Shown in pieces: positions 1 through 12,226 of a DNA stretch of 64,000 nucleotides. Each line of letters begins with the position of its first letter. The stretch's first letter is position 1. Where the stretch lies: the NCBI GenBank assembly GCA_003427395.1, contig BFEA01000020.1, positions 1,687,588 to 1,751,587 of the forward strand, written 5' to 3'. This DNA is from Chara braunii. Taxonomy: Eukaryota; Plantae; Charophyceae. Under the pieces are notes generated by a model that saw only the letters and a program-made list of their open reading frames with translations, made no database searches and was not told the origin of the DNA. The translations under genes were made by a program, and so were the position numbers.

Positions 1-3000
1 AACCTGACCAAGGAAAAAACTTTTATCATTTAAATACCTCCCATCTCAAGATAGATTGTTTCCTTCATTATCTTCGAGATGTTTGGAATTTTTGGAAAGA
101 TCATAGGGATCGTCTTAGAGATGACATTAAATGGTTCAATAACGGTCTATCATTTTTAGGCCGTAAATGCAATGAATATTCTAAGTTATTAGCAAAGCAA
201 AAACATGCGAAGGAAACTGATTTACAAAATAGAATTGCTAAATTACAAAGCAAGGAGGAAAATGAGGTTGATCAAGAGATACTTGATAATATATATGAGG
301 AACTCAAATGTCTAGAGTCCCAGCTTTTGACCCAAATGGAATATAGATGGCAAGGACTAAGAATTAGGGGTAAACTCAAGATTCAGAATATGGAAGGCTC
401 TATGGATGAGCGTTTCTTTGCTCTGGCTAGAGCCAGAACAGGAAGGACCATAATAGAGACTTTAGAGGATCCGACTGACTCTCATAAGGATTTGGTTACT
501 TCGACTGCAACGTGCTCTAAAATTGTCAGGGACTTTTTCAAATCACTTTTCACTTCACAAAATAATCATATTCCTAAGGAACAACGTATACTAGAGATGG
601 AAGAATTCCTATGGCCATTAAATAAATCTTTATCAGAAAAACAAAAGGAATTGATGGACAAACCTGTAGCAAAAGAAGAAATCTGGAAGACACTCTTATT
701 GATGGAGAAAGATAAATCTCCGGGTATAGATGGATTCCCAAAAGAATTTTGGGAAGCAACGTGGGACTTTATGTATGAAGATCTTATGGATTTTTATAAG
801 GCGGTATGAGAATCGGGTGAAATGGGAGAATTTGTAGAACAAGGGGTACTCACTTTATTGTATAAAAAAGGGGACAAGGCAAATATAAGAAATTATCGTC
901 CTATAACCCTTTTGACTGTGGTTTACAAATTCATAGCAAAAGCATTGGCGGATCGGTTGACTGCAATAATTCCAGAAATCATTCACCCAATACCAAACAA
1001 GTTTTATTATAGGAATGAATATTCAAGATAATATTCTTCTTGTAAATAAGCTTCTTAAAATATCTCGTCAATCCAAGCATAATGCAATTTTCATTTTCAT
1101 TGATTTTGAGAAGGCATATGACCATGTTGATTAACTTTTTCTAGACAAATGTCTGGAAAAGATGAATTTTGAGCCAAATTTTAGAAGACGGGTGAGAATT
1201 ATGCATCAGAATGCAACAACAAGGGTAATGGTCAACAACAATGTAGCACCCCCATTCCACTAGAAAGATCAGTAAGACAAGGGGATCTGTTGGCTCCTTT
1301 CATTTTTGTTATAATTATGGAGGCATTGGCAGATTTGCGATACCATAAGGATATTAGAAGAATACAAATTACTAGCATACCAGAAGAGGCAATTCGAGTG
1401 TGCTCTCTATTTGCTGATGACCTATCCATTATGGTAGACGCAACTCAAGAGAATATGGAAGAAATTCATAAGTTGATGGAAATTTTTTTCCGCCTCTCGG
1501 ATATGAGAGCCAATTGGGGTAGTAAAACGACAGGCTGGTGGATACATCATCAAGGTGGTCGTCCTCCTGAATTACCAAGAATAAAGTGGTTGTCATTGGA
1601 TAACCCAATTAGGATATTAGGGATTTTCCTTTCTACTGAGGGCAGGCAAAAAAATCACAATGAATGGATCTCCCAACCTGCTCAGTCTAAAATAGAAATG
1701 TGGAAGAATAAACATACATCCATTTTTGGAAGAATAATAATCATTAATAATGTTATTCTAGCTTCTATATGGTACAAATCAGGAATCTGGTCCTTGGAAA
1801 AACGTTCTATTAAATCTCTCCAGAAACAACTATCCGTCTTTCTGTGGAGGGGCAATCATGAGTATAGTAATGTCATCAACAGAGTGGCATGACAATCTAT
1901 TATCCAACCAAAAGTTGGGGGGGGGGTGAAAATTCTTGATCCTCTGACACAAGTCAAGGCACTCTCAATCCAATGGTTGCAACGTCTTTTATTCAATCCT
2001 CAGACTCGATGGGCACCATTGACATTAAAGCAAATCAGGAGACTTGCTCCTCCAACCCTGAAGGAATTGACCCCTTGACTTGGTTGAAAAATCGATCGTG
2101 GACTATTCATAGGGGAAAATCCAATCCTGTAGCATCAACATTGAGTTCGGATAGACAAGCTATCAGACTTGATTTAAAAAATGATCCTTTTTGGACTTCC
2201 ATGTTGAAAACCTGGAGACAACTCCCTCTAACAGACAAGTTATCGCCAGAAAGGTGGGAGGAAATATGTCAACAACCTTTTTTTGATAATAGATGGATTC
2301 GTGATTCCCAAGGATTTGTCTTTCATTGTATGCATTCACCTTGGAAGGGATGGATTGGAAATGGTATTATAAGGATAAAGGATATTTGGGATACTGATAC
2401 CAATGAGTGGATTGCTCCGGCCAAACTGAAGACAAGGCTAAGGTATTTTCACCATCCTGTAGAAACACTTGAGAAGGTAATTGAACTCATCCCTATTGAA
2501 TGATTTCGTATCCTTAGGAAAGACCCTAAGTTAATAATAAATGATTGGGTAGCCTTCAATGATTAATCTGAGTCTATTGGCTTAATTTTGGATCAAGACC
2601 AAAATGAGAATATTTTTCTACAAAAATTTTCCTTGTCATCCACAAATCTAGTGATTCCTAGGGAGCAAGAGGAAACCTGTTGGGTTCATGTGCAACAGAT
2701 TTTCAGAATAAGGGTAATGAGGATTATGGATTCTTGGGTTGCCTTTAAACCGGAATGTCCCATTTCAAAACTCCCTTTTGACCCGGCTAATTGGGTTTGG
2801 AATTCGGTCATAAGAACAAGGAAGCATAATAGATCATTCAAAAGGTCTATTCACTCTCTTAAGGTCAAATCTGCATATCGGATGCTTAGACCTAGAATTA
2901 ACCTTAAGGACAAGATTTTCACCAGATGGATGAAACATTTTAATATCAGTAGGGAGGAATTAAGGTTGGTTAGGTGGTTCAAAACAATCAAGGATAAACC

Positions 3001-4048
3001 AGCCAAAATAGCTTCTCTTCAGTGGCAAATTGAACATAGATGTCTATCAGTAAATGATTGGCTGATAGACACATCAACACTAGAACAGAGAGGATTGGCA
3101 GAAAGGTGGTGCAAGCTATGCAAAACAGCTTTCCCAAGCAGACTATATGCTGAAACAATAGAGCATATTTTTATGCAATGCCCGGGTTCTGTATGGCTTT
3201 GGAGGTGGTGCGATCGAATCTGGTCACAGTTAATCCCACTGGTGCCTTGGCCATGGAGTTGGAAAGCTATTCTTCTGGAGACCTGGAGTCTTGACCCGGA
3301 TTTAGTGGAAAGTGGTGAGGAACTTGTGGAAAATCTGAAATTTGTGGATAATCTGTTCCGTATGGGTAGAAGAGCGGCGATGTGGACCATATGGATGAGA
3401 AGATGCACGTATGAATGGGAAGGGGCAAGACTAGATGGTGCGGATTTTACAGAAACTATTAAACAACAAGTTCAAACAGATATATTAACCAATTGGGAAA
3501 GAACCAAGGAAAAGGTACAATTTCTCTCGAATAAAGCAGAAATCCAGAGTCATTTTCGAAAATTCAGTCACAAATGGTTGAATGGAAACCAGAGACGGAG
3601 AATTGGATGTGTCACTTGGAATGGTGCTGACAATGAAGATGCTGTTGGGTTTAAAAGAGATTACAAATTGGTTTTTGATGATTGGACTTCCATTGACACT
3701 TCAATTCCCATGAGACCTTTCTCAGATTTCCCAACTCCTTTCCCTCCTCCTGCAACAGCCATGGTTCCAAGTTCCTGGTATGGATTATAAGGATATCACT
3801 GCTAGTTTTACAAGAATATATCTGGCGTCCTGATAAAGGATGAAGAGGTAGTGTTATTTTCAGATTGCCAGGTGGCTGGAGGGTGTCGCTATTTTCTTCA
3901 AAATCTAGGTTCTTGTTCATGCTCTTGATTCCTTTATTTCCATTTTTCAAATTGTACATTCAAGGGACGCTGGACCCGGTCTCCAGCAGGTGATGCTCCC
4001 CACCAATAGATGGAGCTTCTTTTCAAAAAAAAAAAAAAAAAAAAAAAA
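1..4048 (+). mobile_element. Decayed L1/Tx1-type LINE: ORF2 RT and zf-RVT, 3' UTR and poly(A); 5' part outside window
   Basis: RT motifs KSPGIDG, YRPITLL, DFEKAYDHV, QGDLLAP and FADD, plus C-terminal CKLC..ETIEHIFMQC. Several stops and frameshifts (about 809, 990, 1890, 2500). Conserved 3' motif at about 3963-3987 and A24 tail at 4025-4048. Confidence 0.93.
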
Positions 4049-5362
4049 GGATGGGCAAATCACATCTGGAGTAAGAAGGCCCCTGGGAAGCCTTACCCAA
4101 ATCAGGGTAAGGGAATTTTGCAGCGAGAATGGAGATTGACAATGCTCACTGTGGGCAGATGGAACGCCAATCCCAGAACTCAGATTGGACCCCAAGCTGT
4201 GGTCCTGGAGAGGATCCAGGAAATTCATGCAGGAAGCCTGGCTATCAGAGTACAATCCAGCTGGGGGATACGAGCTTTTGCAAACAGGCAGAACACCTAT
4301 CTCAGTCGCTATTAGCAGATGGGCTAAGACCGGCCTGACGACAGAGGAGGCAATCAACGAAGACATCAGCAGATGCTGGAAACAGCTGCAAATGCTGCCT
4401 TTGCAGAGAACGGCAGCCATCCTATGGTTACTATCTATGCTCTCAACCCCCACGGCAGTCTGGCTCGTCGAGAGGGGTATGAGTGTGGGCACGCAGTGCA
4501 CAAGGTGCGGGGGGCCTGCGGAATCCGTCATCCATCTGTGGCTGACCTGCCCTCTATCCACAAGAATCTGGAAATGGTGGATTGTGCACTGGACTCGGAT
4601 CAGCGGCCCGGTGTTCCAATGGGACGAACGGTGGATCTTGCTTGGTGGCATCCCTGAGGGCCTGTCACTGGAGAAGGGCTGGGGCTACGTTGCCCAAGCC
4701 CTCAGAGCATGTTTGTTCCTCGTTATTTGGGAAACCAGGAACAGGACTGTGTTTGAGGGAAGATTCCTCTCAGACAAAGCCATCAAGAGCTTGGTTAAAC
4801 TTCAAATTAGTCGGAGCATCAAGAGTGATTGGCTCAGGAAAGTGTCCAATGCACAACAAAGAGCCTCAGGACTGGTGTGGTTTCTGGAAACCTGGGCTCT
4901 CCTGGGTCGACTAGCAAGGATTCAGAACGGTAAACTGGTTCTTGACGATTGGCTGTTTCAAGCTGAGTAAAAACCTGAACGCTCGGTTTGTTTTCCGCAG
5001 TAGGTAGGCAGTAAGTAAGTGGTTGAGGGGTCCGGAGGGAGCGTTAAATTTTTCAAGGAGGCAGGCTCTGCCCCCGACATAGGGGGCTTAGCAGAGGTTC
5101 TGACAGTTGAAGGCCAGGGTTGTGTTTCCCACCCCAGAACTGTAGAATCCCTCTCCGATGAATGATTAAGAAGGTTCGGACTCAGGGGAGTGCTCCCCTC
5201 GGGGTGTTTTCTTTTCGTCCCCCCGTAAGCGAAACTGGGTAATGCTCCCAGAAGTTGGTTCCTCCGGGTAGACTGTGAGGACCCCGGCCTCAATTGTTGT
5301 TGGAATATACGCCTTGGGCACTGGGCCCGTGATTTGAAAAAAAAAAAAAAAAAAAAAAAAAA
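4049..5362 (+). mobile_element. 5'-truncated LINE of a second family (zf-RVT C-terminus, 3' UTR, poly(A))
   Basis: ORF 4185-4970 has CTRCGGPAESVIHLWLTC and IWETRNRTVFEG, typical of an L1 ORF2 C-terminus. Poly(A) at 5337-5362. Starts directly after the previous LINE poly(A). Confidence 0.88.
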
Positions 5363-5559
5363 GTCCTCCTACGATATTGCCATGATTCAATCATGGAAGG
5401 GCCCGTCCAGCTGCCCTCCCTTCTTTCCCTCGCCCCCCCCTCCAATATGATCATTTTTATTGAACTCTATCCTATCCCGGTGCTGCTAGTGAGAATACTT
5501 TTTTCTTCCTTTGAACCACCAGTACCTTGCGGTCCTTGCCCAGCTATTGAAGCAGAGCC

Positions 5560-6030
5560 TTCATTTTGGCTGGCGTGCCAGCAGTTTTGGTCCAGAAGCC
5601 TGACCCCCAAAAGCTGTGGCCGTATACGAGCCACATATTTGTTTTTGAAGCTGGGCGAAATACTCGCGCCCGAAGTCCATCCAGGCAAAACGGGTTGCAT
5701 GCGTGGCCCGACTTGCCTGGATGGCTTTCAAGCGAAATGACACCCCAGTGCATCCCACCCAATGCGCCAGCATGCACGGCGCTTTTCAGCAAATGGTTGG
5801 GACGTACTGGTGGTCTAAGCCACCAGTACAACTCCGCATCTCTTTTTGCCAAGGCAGATTCCTCCTGTGCGCCAACCACCAGTACATCCGAACCCTTTTT
5901 GCCCAGGGCGGATTCCCCCTGGGCACTAAGTTTTGCCGAAACACCACCGCGGAGCTTCTTTTTTCCCTTTTGGCTGGTGCCGCCAGCCATTTTTGGTCCC
6001 ATAGCCCTGAGCCTCCAAACTTTTTGGGAT
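5560..6030. repeat. Dispersed repeat family X, copy 1 (internally duplicated)
   Basis: Motif ggctggtgccgccagccatttttggtccc..gccctgagcctccaaa recurs at about 5563-5620 and 5968-6025, and at 12600-12735 (inverted), 18540-18680 and 24840-24990. Confidence 0.6.
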
Positions 6031-6489
6031 GAGCCAGTTTCAATTCTCAAGTTTGCCTGGGCCATGTACTGGTTGGTATAAAAAGGGTGTCGGCCTCCCA
6101 GGGAATACAGAGTTACTCCCGTCGGGATTCAAACTCAGGTTGCTCCATTAACAGTTGTATTGGTGCCCAAGATTCTGCGTAAAAGATCTATAAGGTCCGC
6201 CAAGATATAATAATCCAAATATGGCTCAAACTCTTTGGCCATTCTTTAAAATACAGAAAAGAAACAGTTCTTAGCCTGAAGTGCATTATGTCCAATGGAT
6301 GGGTGAAAATCCGGTTTTCTATTTATTTATTTTTTTATGAAGTTTTTTCCATTTTTCGAGAATAATCCAGTGTGATCCAAAGCCAGTGGCTGAGATTGAG
6401 ATCCCACTTACCCAGCATCTTAGTTCCTGACCGTAGATAACATTCAGATTGGCAGCCCGAGAGAGAGAATCCAGGTACTAAGTGGGATC

Positions 6490-6704
6490 TTCCCCTTTCT
6501 CTTAGGGGTCAGTGGTGTGTATTGGGATATTCAAAATAGCACTTTCTTGTATGAGCGTGGCCAGAAATCAAATGATACAGTCCAGGCATAGTCGTGGTAT
6601 GAGCTTTGCTTGGCCGAAGAGCCTTGCTCAGCTCAGTACTGCGGCGATTTTTGTCAGGGACGCGGGGCCCGCTTCCCGGCTTTGGTATTAATAAACAGTG
6701 ACTT

Positions 6705-6757
<53 letters not shown>

Positions 6758-6772
6758 AAAAAAAAAAAAAAT
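6490..6772 (+). mobile_element. LINE 3' tail with poly(A)
   Basis: Conserved GGGACGCGGGGCCCGCTTCCCGGC motif, AATAAA, then A-tract at 6710-6772. Confidence 0.7.
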
Positions 6773-6948
6773 CAAACCGAAGTTACCAAACTAGGTTGAA
6801 CAAATGTGTACCCTATCTCTCTCAGGCGCGGTGTGCCTATATAAGCACTCACAATAGCACTTCACCTGGATTTATATGACCAAAATTCACCAAATGGGGC
6901 ACTCCTTCTTCTTATTCTTTTTTTACAAAAAGACACAGGCCTTCTACT

Positions 6949-7036
6949 CTTTTCTTGTTTTTTGTGAAAGAGGATCAAACTTTATTAATATCAAAAAGGG
7001 GAACCGGGCCTGGCGTCCAGTCACACATGCGAGTTC
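6949..7036 (-). mobile_element. Short LINE 3' tail fused to the 3' end of a U6 copy (U6/LINE chimera)
   Basis: Minus strand after U6 ..AAATGGTCC reads gaactcgcatgtgtgactGGACGCCAGGCCCGGTTCCC..ATTAATAAAAG..cacAAAAAAcAAgAAAAg. Confidence 0.7.
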
Positions 7037-7074
7037 GGACCATTTCTCGATTTATGCGTGTCATCCTTGCGCAG
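7037..7074 (-). pseudogene. U6: U6 snRNA retrocopy, 3' half
   Basis: Reverse complement is CTGCGCAAGGATGACACGCATAAATCGAGAAATGGTCC, matching the plant U6 3' half. Confidence 0.95.
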
Positions 7075-7084
7075 GGGTCTAGTC

Positions 7085-7122
7085 CTGTCTCTTATACACA
7101 TCTAGATGTGTATAAGAGACAG
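7085..7122. other. Nextera mate-pair junction adapter (Tn5 mosaic ends); assembly artefact
   Basis: Exact CTGTCTCTTATACACATCTAGATGTGTATAAGAGACAG. Confidence 0.99.
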
Positions 7123-7184
7123 GGTTTAGTCATTTTGTAGAATATTTTTTTGACGTGAAATCCGTTTTGTAGTATGCATTGGCC

Positions 7185-7260
7185 CTTTTTTTTTTTTTTT
7201 TTTAAGAAAAAGCAACTTCATTATAAAAACCGGGAAATGGGCCCGGTGTCCCTCACATAG
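7185..7260 (-). mobile_element. LINE 3' tail nested in element B
   Basis: Minus strand GGGACACCGGGCCCATTTCCCGGT motif followed by poly(A) (T-tract at about 7185-7202). Confidence 0.65.
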
Positions 7261-9127
7261 ATGCTGATGCCATCATAGGCTAAGAAAGGCACTTCGGCCA
7301 ACCCTATCCCCGACCCCAGCCATCTAGCTACCGAGACCCCGGTCCCCCCCGTACTATCAGTCCCAAGTTGCTAAAAAGAACCTAAGCAACAAAAAGGTAG
7401 TTACCTAAATACAAAGAAAAGTCGAATTCAAACCCTATCTATTACTCAAACGCTGTTTACTATTGACCCGTCATCAAAAAACCGCACAAAACACAAAATT
7501 ACTCGGAATTACACAAACCCTAGCCAGTACTAATTACCGCAAACAATAATGCTAGAACCATAACCACTACTGCCAACCGATGGGAGACATACACTGCTAA
7601 ACTTGGTATCTCTCTTACCCTAATTACTCTCCTATTCAGCCCTGAGGCAAAAGATTCGAATCCATAACTACTAAACACAATAACCAAATAAACCGTAAAG
7701 AAGCACCACTGGACAGCTATAAACCGAAATTTCGAATCTATACCGCAAAAACAATTCGAAGCTATAACTGCTAAGCGCAATAAGCAATGAAATCATCAAA
7801 AGTTGCTCAAACCAATAGATGATCGCACGCTGTAATTACTAATTATGTAAAGTTGCCCAAACCCTGATTGCCACTAGACAGCAATTCTAACCACGATCAC
7901 TAGTCCGATCAACTTCAGAATCACGGATTATATCACAACTATCTAAAGCCTCGCTACCACGGTCACACATATCACAATCGTAAAGTCGTCGAAACCCCAA
8001 GATCAGGAGATCCTGAGCAACACCACGTCCAAAGCAGGAGTAAAAGCAACAGTGGACAACCCTGGTCATAGCTGAAGCCCCGGCCGAGCATTTGTCATCG
8101 TTATAGGCGATACCAATCACAGTGTGTGGTCCATCGTCTCTCTCCCGGAAGTCGACGTTTACCGGTGCACTCTCATCCGTCGTCTCTGGCTCAGCGACTG
8201 AAGACCTAGCCCAAACCATCTCATTCAGCAGCACCATCACGCCGATAGCAGGGGAGGAGCATAATCGATTGATCTGTCGTCCCGAGCCTAGGCACAGCGC
8301 CCAAAAGTCGATGCTAAGGTTCGATACTGAAGATTACGTATCTGCAATCAGCGGGCGAAGCCCCTGATTGGGTCATAATTCTGATATGTACGGTGCGCAG
8401 ATCCTACCCGTTAACCGTCCCCACATCTCTGCCTTCCTCTCACGGTCAATCCAGGATTACCAACAAGCGTTGACCAAGACTGGCTATGGCAGGTGCATGG
8501 TACTGCCCCCTCGAAGCGGCCTCCACCTCGGCGCCCTCGCGCTCTATCACCCCACCGCCTCCGCCATACCCAACAGCAAGCTCTGGCTGAGCATAGCTTA
8601 ACGACAGCTACACCCGTGCGATCCCCCGCTGCCTGCGCACCCTTTTGGTTTGGGCGGGAAGCCATTTTCCATTGAGAAAACTACCCTACCGAGGGTAGGG
8701 TACATTTCTCAACTGCAGTGCCTTTCCTTTTTTTTGTTTTTTTAGACCTGATTGCATCCTGAAACGGAGGAACTCTGACAGCTGTGTTTGGCTGTCTGGC
8801 ATCAAACTCTTTTCCTTCTTTGGGCAATGAATGCATTTGGCCATCCACGTCGTCCCCGTCCATTTTACAAATGGTGACCTCCTGTCCCCTCACCACGGGG
8901 AGTATCCCTTTTTCACGGAGAGTATCCCTTTTTCACGGAGACCTTCACTCCGACTGTTCCAGACATGTTTCATTTCTCCCAGTTACGTTAAAAAAAATAA
9001 GGAGAAAAGCTGTTTCTAGCGTTTTTTTCAGTTTTTTTATTTGTTGTTCCGAATTTATTAATGTCGACATGGCATCACACCGTTGAGTTTTCTAAGCTCA
9101 ACAACCGTAGGTGGGACCAGACCCCAG

Positions 9128-9695
9128 GGGCCAAGTCCGACTAGCGAAGAGTTACGCTTCGCGGCCAGGTTTTCGACGACGTGGGACGTTCTGTGACAGG
9201 TCTCAGTCGCCGATCGGCTGCAGATCCACGCCCAGCGTTGTTGGCCTCAGTTTCATGTAGGGTCGTTTCGTTCGGCTAATAGGATGATTTTAAATTATTT
9301 TGGTGTTGTTTTTGTTGGCCACTTCCGTTGGGCGGGAAGCTTCAATTCTATGTTTTTTTTACCCATGGGGTGTTTTTGAAGCTTCCCGCCCTCATTCTTT
9401 TGTTTTTTTTAATGTGCAGAAATACACAATATCATAATGGCCTGAGAGCAACTACCTTCAGAGGACTCAGCCCATTGGCTGAGTCGAACTCTCATCCAGA
9501 AAAAGGGGCGACGAATGCGATGGCTCACAGCCTACTGGCTGATGCGAGTACCCTCACCTGAATTTCACTTTCTTTAGCTTGTAGAAAGCAAGATTTTTAA
9601 ATCCGAAAACAATACAGAAACCATTTTTCAAATGCCAAAAGCGCGTCACACAACCCTGTTCCACCGTTTTAATCGATGCTAGTGGGACTTGGCCC
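9128..9695. mobile_element. 568-bp MITE A inserted in U6 (Harbinger/Tourist-like, CAG TSD)
   Basis: 18-bp TIRs GGGCCAAGTCCGACTAGC (9128-9145) and GCTAGTGGGACTTGGCCC (9678-9695), 1 mismatch. CAG at 9125-9127 and 9696-9698. Confidence 0.88.
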
Positions 9696-9703
9696 CAGGG
9701 GGC

Positions 9704-9735
<32 letters not shown>

Positions 9736-9753
9736 ACGGATGTCCCGAAGGAC
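9696..9753 (-). pseudogene. U6: U6 snRNA retrocopy, 5' half
   Basis: Reverse complement is GTCCTTCGGGACATCCGTTAAAATTGGAACGATACAGAGAAGATTAGCATGCCCCCTG, including the ACAGAGA box. Confidence 0.95.
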
Positions 9754-9754
9754 C

Positions 9755-9815
9755 TTTTTTTTTTTTGTGGAAAGTTCGCATCTTTATTAAACCACTGGTA
9801 CTTGGCCCAGCTATA
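9755..9815 (-). mobile_element. LINE-like 3' tail whose poly(A) abuts the U6 5' end
   Basis: Minus strand GCTGGGCCAAGTACCAGTGGTTTAATAAAG..A12. A related copy lies at about 12102-12130 (+). Confidence 0.6.
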
Positions 9816-11815
9816 GGCTGCGGGCTTGCCCATTAACGCGGCACAGCCTCAGGAGGTCGGCCGAGAGCAGCGCCCGGTACTTCAGCAAAGGCCGGCCTCA
9901 GGAACTTTCGATGACACTCCCGAATAGGGCGCGCTGGCGCTTAGCGCTAACCTGCGCTGTGGACCGGCTGGCGAGGCCCAGCCATACTCCATGGACTGCG
10001 GTCGTAGTGGTGATTCGCCATAGCTACCCTGGTCATCTTGGTGTCCGCCTGGCCAACCTGTCCAGGTGATGGTGGACCTTCCACCTGGCACATCGGGAGA
10101 CGGTACATCGGTGCTAGGCACCTATTTTTGTTGGATCTGACGGCGCACTTTTTTGTGGGTCGACATGGTTTGGAATGGGGACTTAAGGCGAGGCGCGGCT
10201 GCATGGTTGCTTGCAAGGTGTCATAGAAGAAGGCGGTCGCCGCTTGCAAGAGGTCGTGGACGCTCTGTTCTCGAGTTGTGGGGATCAGTTTGGGGCTGAT
10301 GGGGGGGACAGCTGCACTGGGGCCATGGCCGGAGGTTATGATGAAGCGCATGCTTGATGTCATTTGGGAGTTGGAGGAGGGGCCGGCTCCTCAACTCGAT
10401 GATTTCATTGACTGGCATCAAGCAGGGCTTCTCATGCACGGATGCTACGACATCTTCAGGAAAGGGCAGGATCGTTGTGCCACCTTGGAGGCAGGGCTGT
10501 GGCTGCGCTCTGATGGGAGTGATCAGAGTCTGGGCGCGGGTGAAGGATTGACGGCAACATCGATAACGACAACAACAAATATCATAACAGTGATAACTGA
10601 TGGTGGCCACCACGACAAAGATGAGGTGGACAACAGCAGCAGGGTCAGGAACAACAGCTACGACGTTGAAGATGGTGTGAATAGCAACGTCACTCCAAAT
10701 AACATGTCGGCACTGTATTTGACAACGGTGGAAGCTTCGGCGACGGCGCCTGAGACAATGAGAACATCAGCAATGTCAACACCGGTTACCAAAACGACAT
10801 CCAGCATATTAAAGAAGATCACCACGATATCACCATCACCGCCATCGATGGTGATGGCGACAACAATAACAGCGCGGGATCTGCGGGTCGTGCATGTTGT
10901 GTTCCAGCGCAAGAACGATTGCTTGACTGAGGATGGGAGATCACCGCTGGTGGTCACTCGTCGATACAAAACTAATGGATTTGATACAAAACTCTCCCCC
11001 CGTTCTATGGATGTACATTTGATACAAAACTAATGAGTATGGTGGCATCTCAGGGGAGGCATTGTGATGAGTGGCCGACTGGGAGTTGGGATCGGCGGAT
11101 AACTAGAGCGCCCCTTGGTCTGTGTTGGAAGGGGGTGGGGTAGGCGATGGGCTCCTCGTTAATTAGGGTTGACCGGTCTTTTTGGGCCCTGATTACTTTG
11201 AGCCCCGGAATGTCCTGAGGGTCGGACGCTTTTGGGGGCGGCTTAGGGTTTGATAGGTGGATAGAGTGGCTCCCTGGGATGCTTGATGGAAACATATGTT
11301 GCCTCGTGGGTAGTTGGCAGGGGGTCAACCTTCCCTGCTTCAGGGAAGCAATCAGTGCCCCCTGCTTCACACAGTATTCGATATATGACATGATCCCCTC
11401 GCATAACTCACTTTCATACNNNNNNNNNNNNNNNNNNNNNNNNNNNNNNNNNNNNNNNNNNNNNNNNNNNNNNNNNNNNNNNNNNNNNNNNNNNNNNNNN
11501 NNNNNNNNNNNNNNNNNNNNNNNNNNNNNNNNNNNNNNNNNNNNNNNNNNNNNNNNNNNNNNNNNNNNNNNNNNNNNNNNNNNNNNNNNNNNNNNNNNNN
11601 NNNNNNNNNNNNNNNNNNNNNNNNNNNNNNNNNNNNNNNNNNNNNNNNNNNNNNNNNNNNNNNNNNNNNNNNNNNNNNNNNNNNNNNNNNNNNNNNNNNN
11701 NNNNNNNNNNNNNNNNNNNNNNNNNNNNNNNNNNNNNNNNNNNNNNNNNNNNNNNNNNNNNNNNNNNNNNNNNNNNNNNNNNNNNNNNNCCGGGATTGAG
11801 GCTTTGCCTGGCGGG

Positions 11816-12226
11816 CCGCTCCATCTATTGGTGGGGAGCAACATCTGCTGGAAACCGGGTCCAGCGCCCCTAAATACGTCTTTACAAAACAGAACATCTT
11901 GAGAGTGGCGCCATTGTGCTGGAAACCGGGTCCAGCGTCCCATATCCAATCTATTTTTCCATACCTAACCTGCAGCAGGGTCGGGTATTGGGGGGGGAAG
12001 TACCGGGGGGCACCGGTGCCAGATGTTCGGGAAGTGAACGCCCGCTAGCCCCAGCCTCGGCATGGATCGGCATACCGGTCGGCCAAGGCTTGGACTCGGT
12101 AGCTGGGCCAAGTACTGGTGGTTTAACAGAAGCATCAGAGGCCGAGAGTCCATCCACAAGCAAACCGGAATACTGGGGCCTTTACCGAGCTTCGGCTCAT
12201 GCTGGAAACTGGGCCCAGCATCCCAT
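11816..12226 (-). mobile_element. Cluster of LINE 3' UTR fragments
   Basis: 11816-11872 is nearly identical (reverse complement) to the LINE tail at 3962-4015. The 3' motif repeats at 11917-11943 and 12199-12226. Confidence 0.7.

Larger units (their letters stand above)
7075..9124. mobile_element. Non-autonomous TIR element B inserted in U6 (Harbinger-like, CAG TSD)
   Basis: Ends GGGTCTAGTC (7075-7084) and GACCAGACCC (9115-9124) are 9/10 inverted matches. Flanked by CAG at 7072-7074 and 9125-9127. No transposase ORF seen. The interior is compromised by the adapter at 7085. Confidence 0.65.

Noticed and set aside
7085-7122. Perfect 38-bp palindrome present three times (also 39954 and 42019), resembling Tn5 ends
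   Set aside because: It is the Nextera mate-pair junction adapter, a library artefact and not a biological transposon.
10278-11033. 251-aa ORF
   Set aside because: Low-complexity Thr-rich sequence with no recognisable domain or splice structure.
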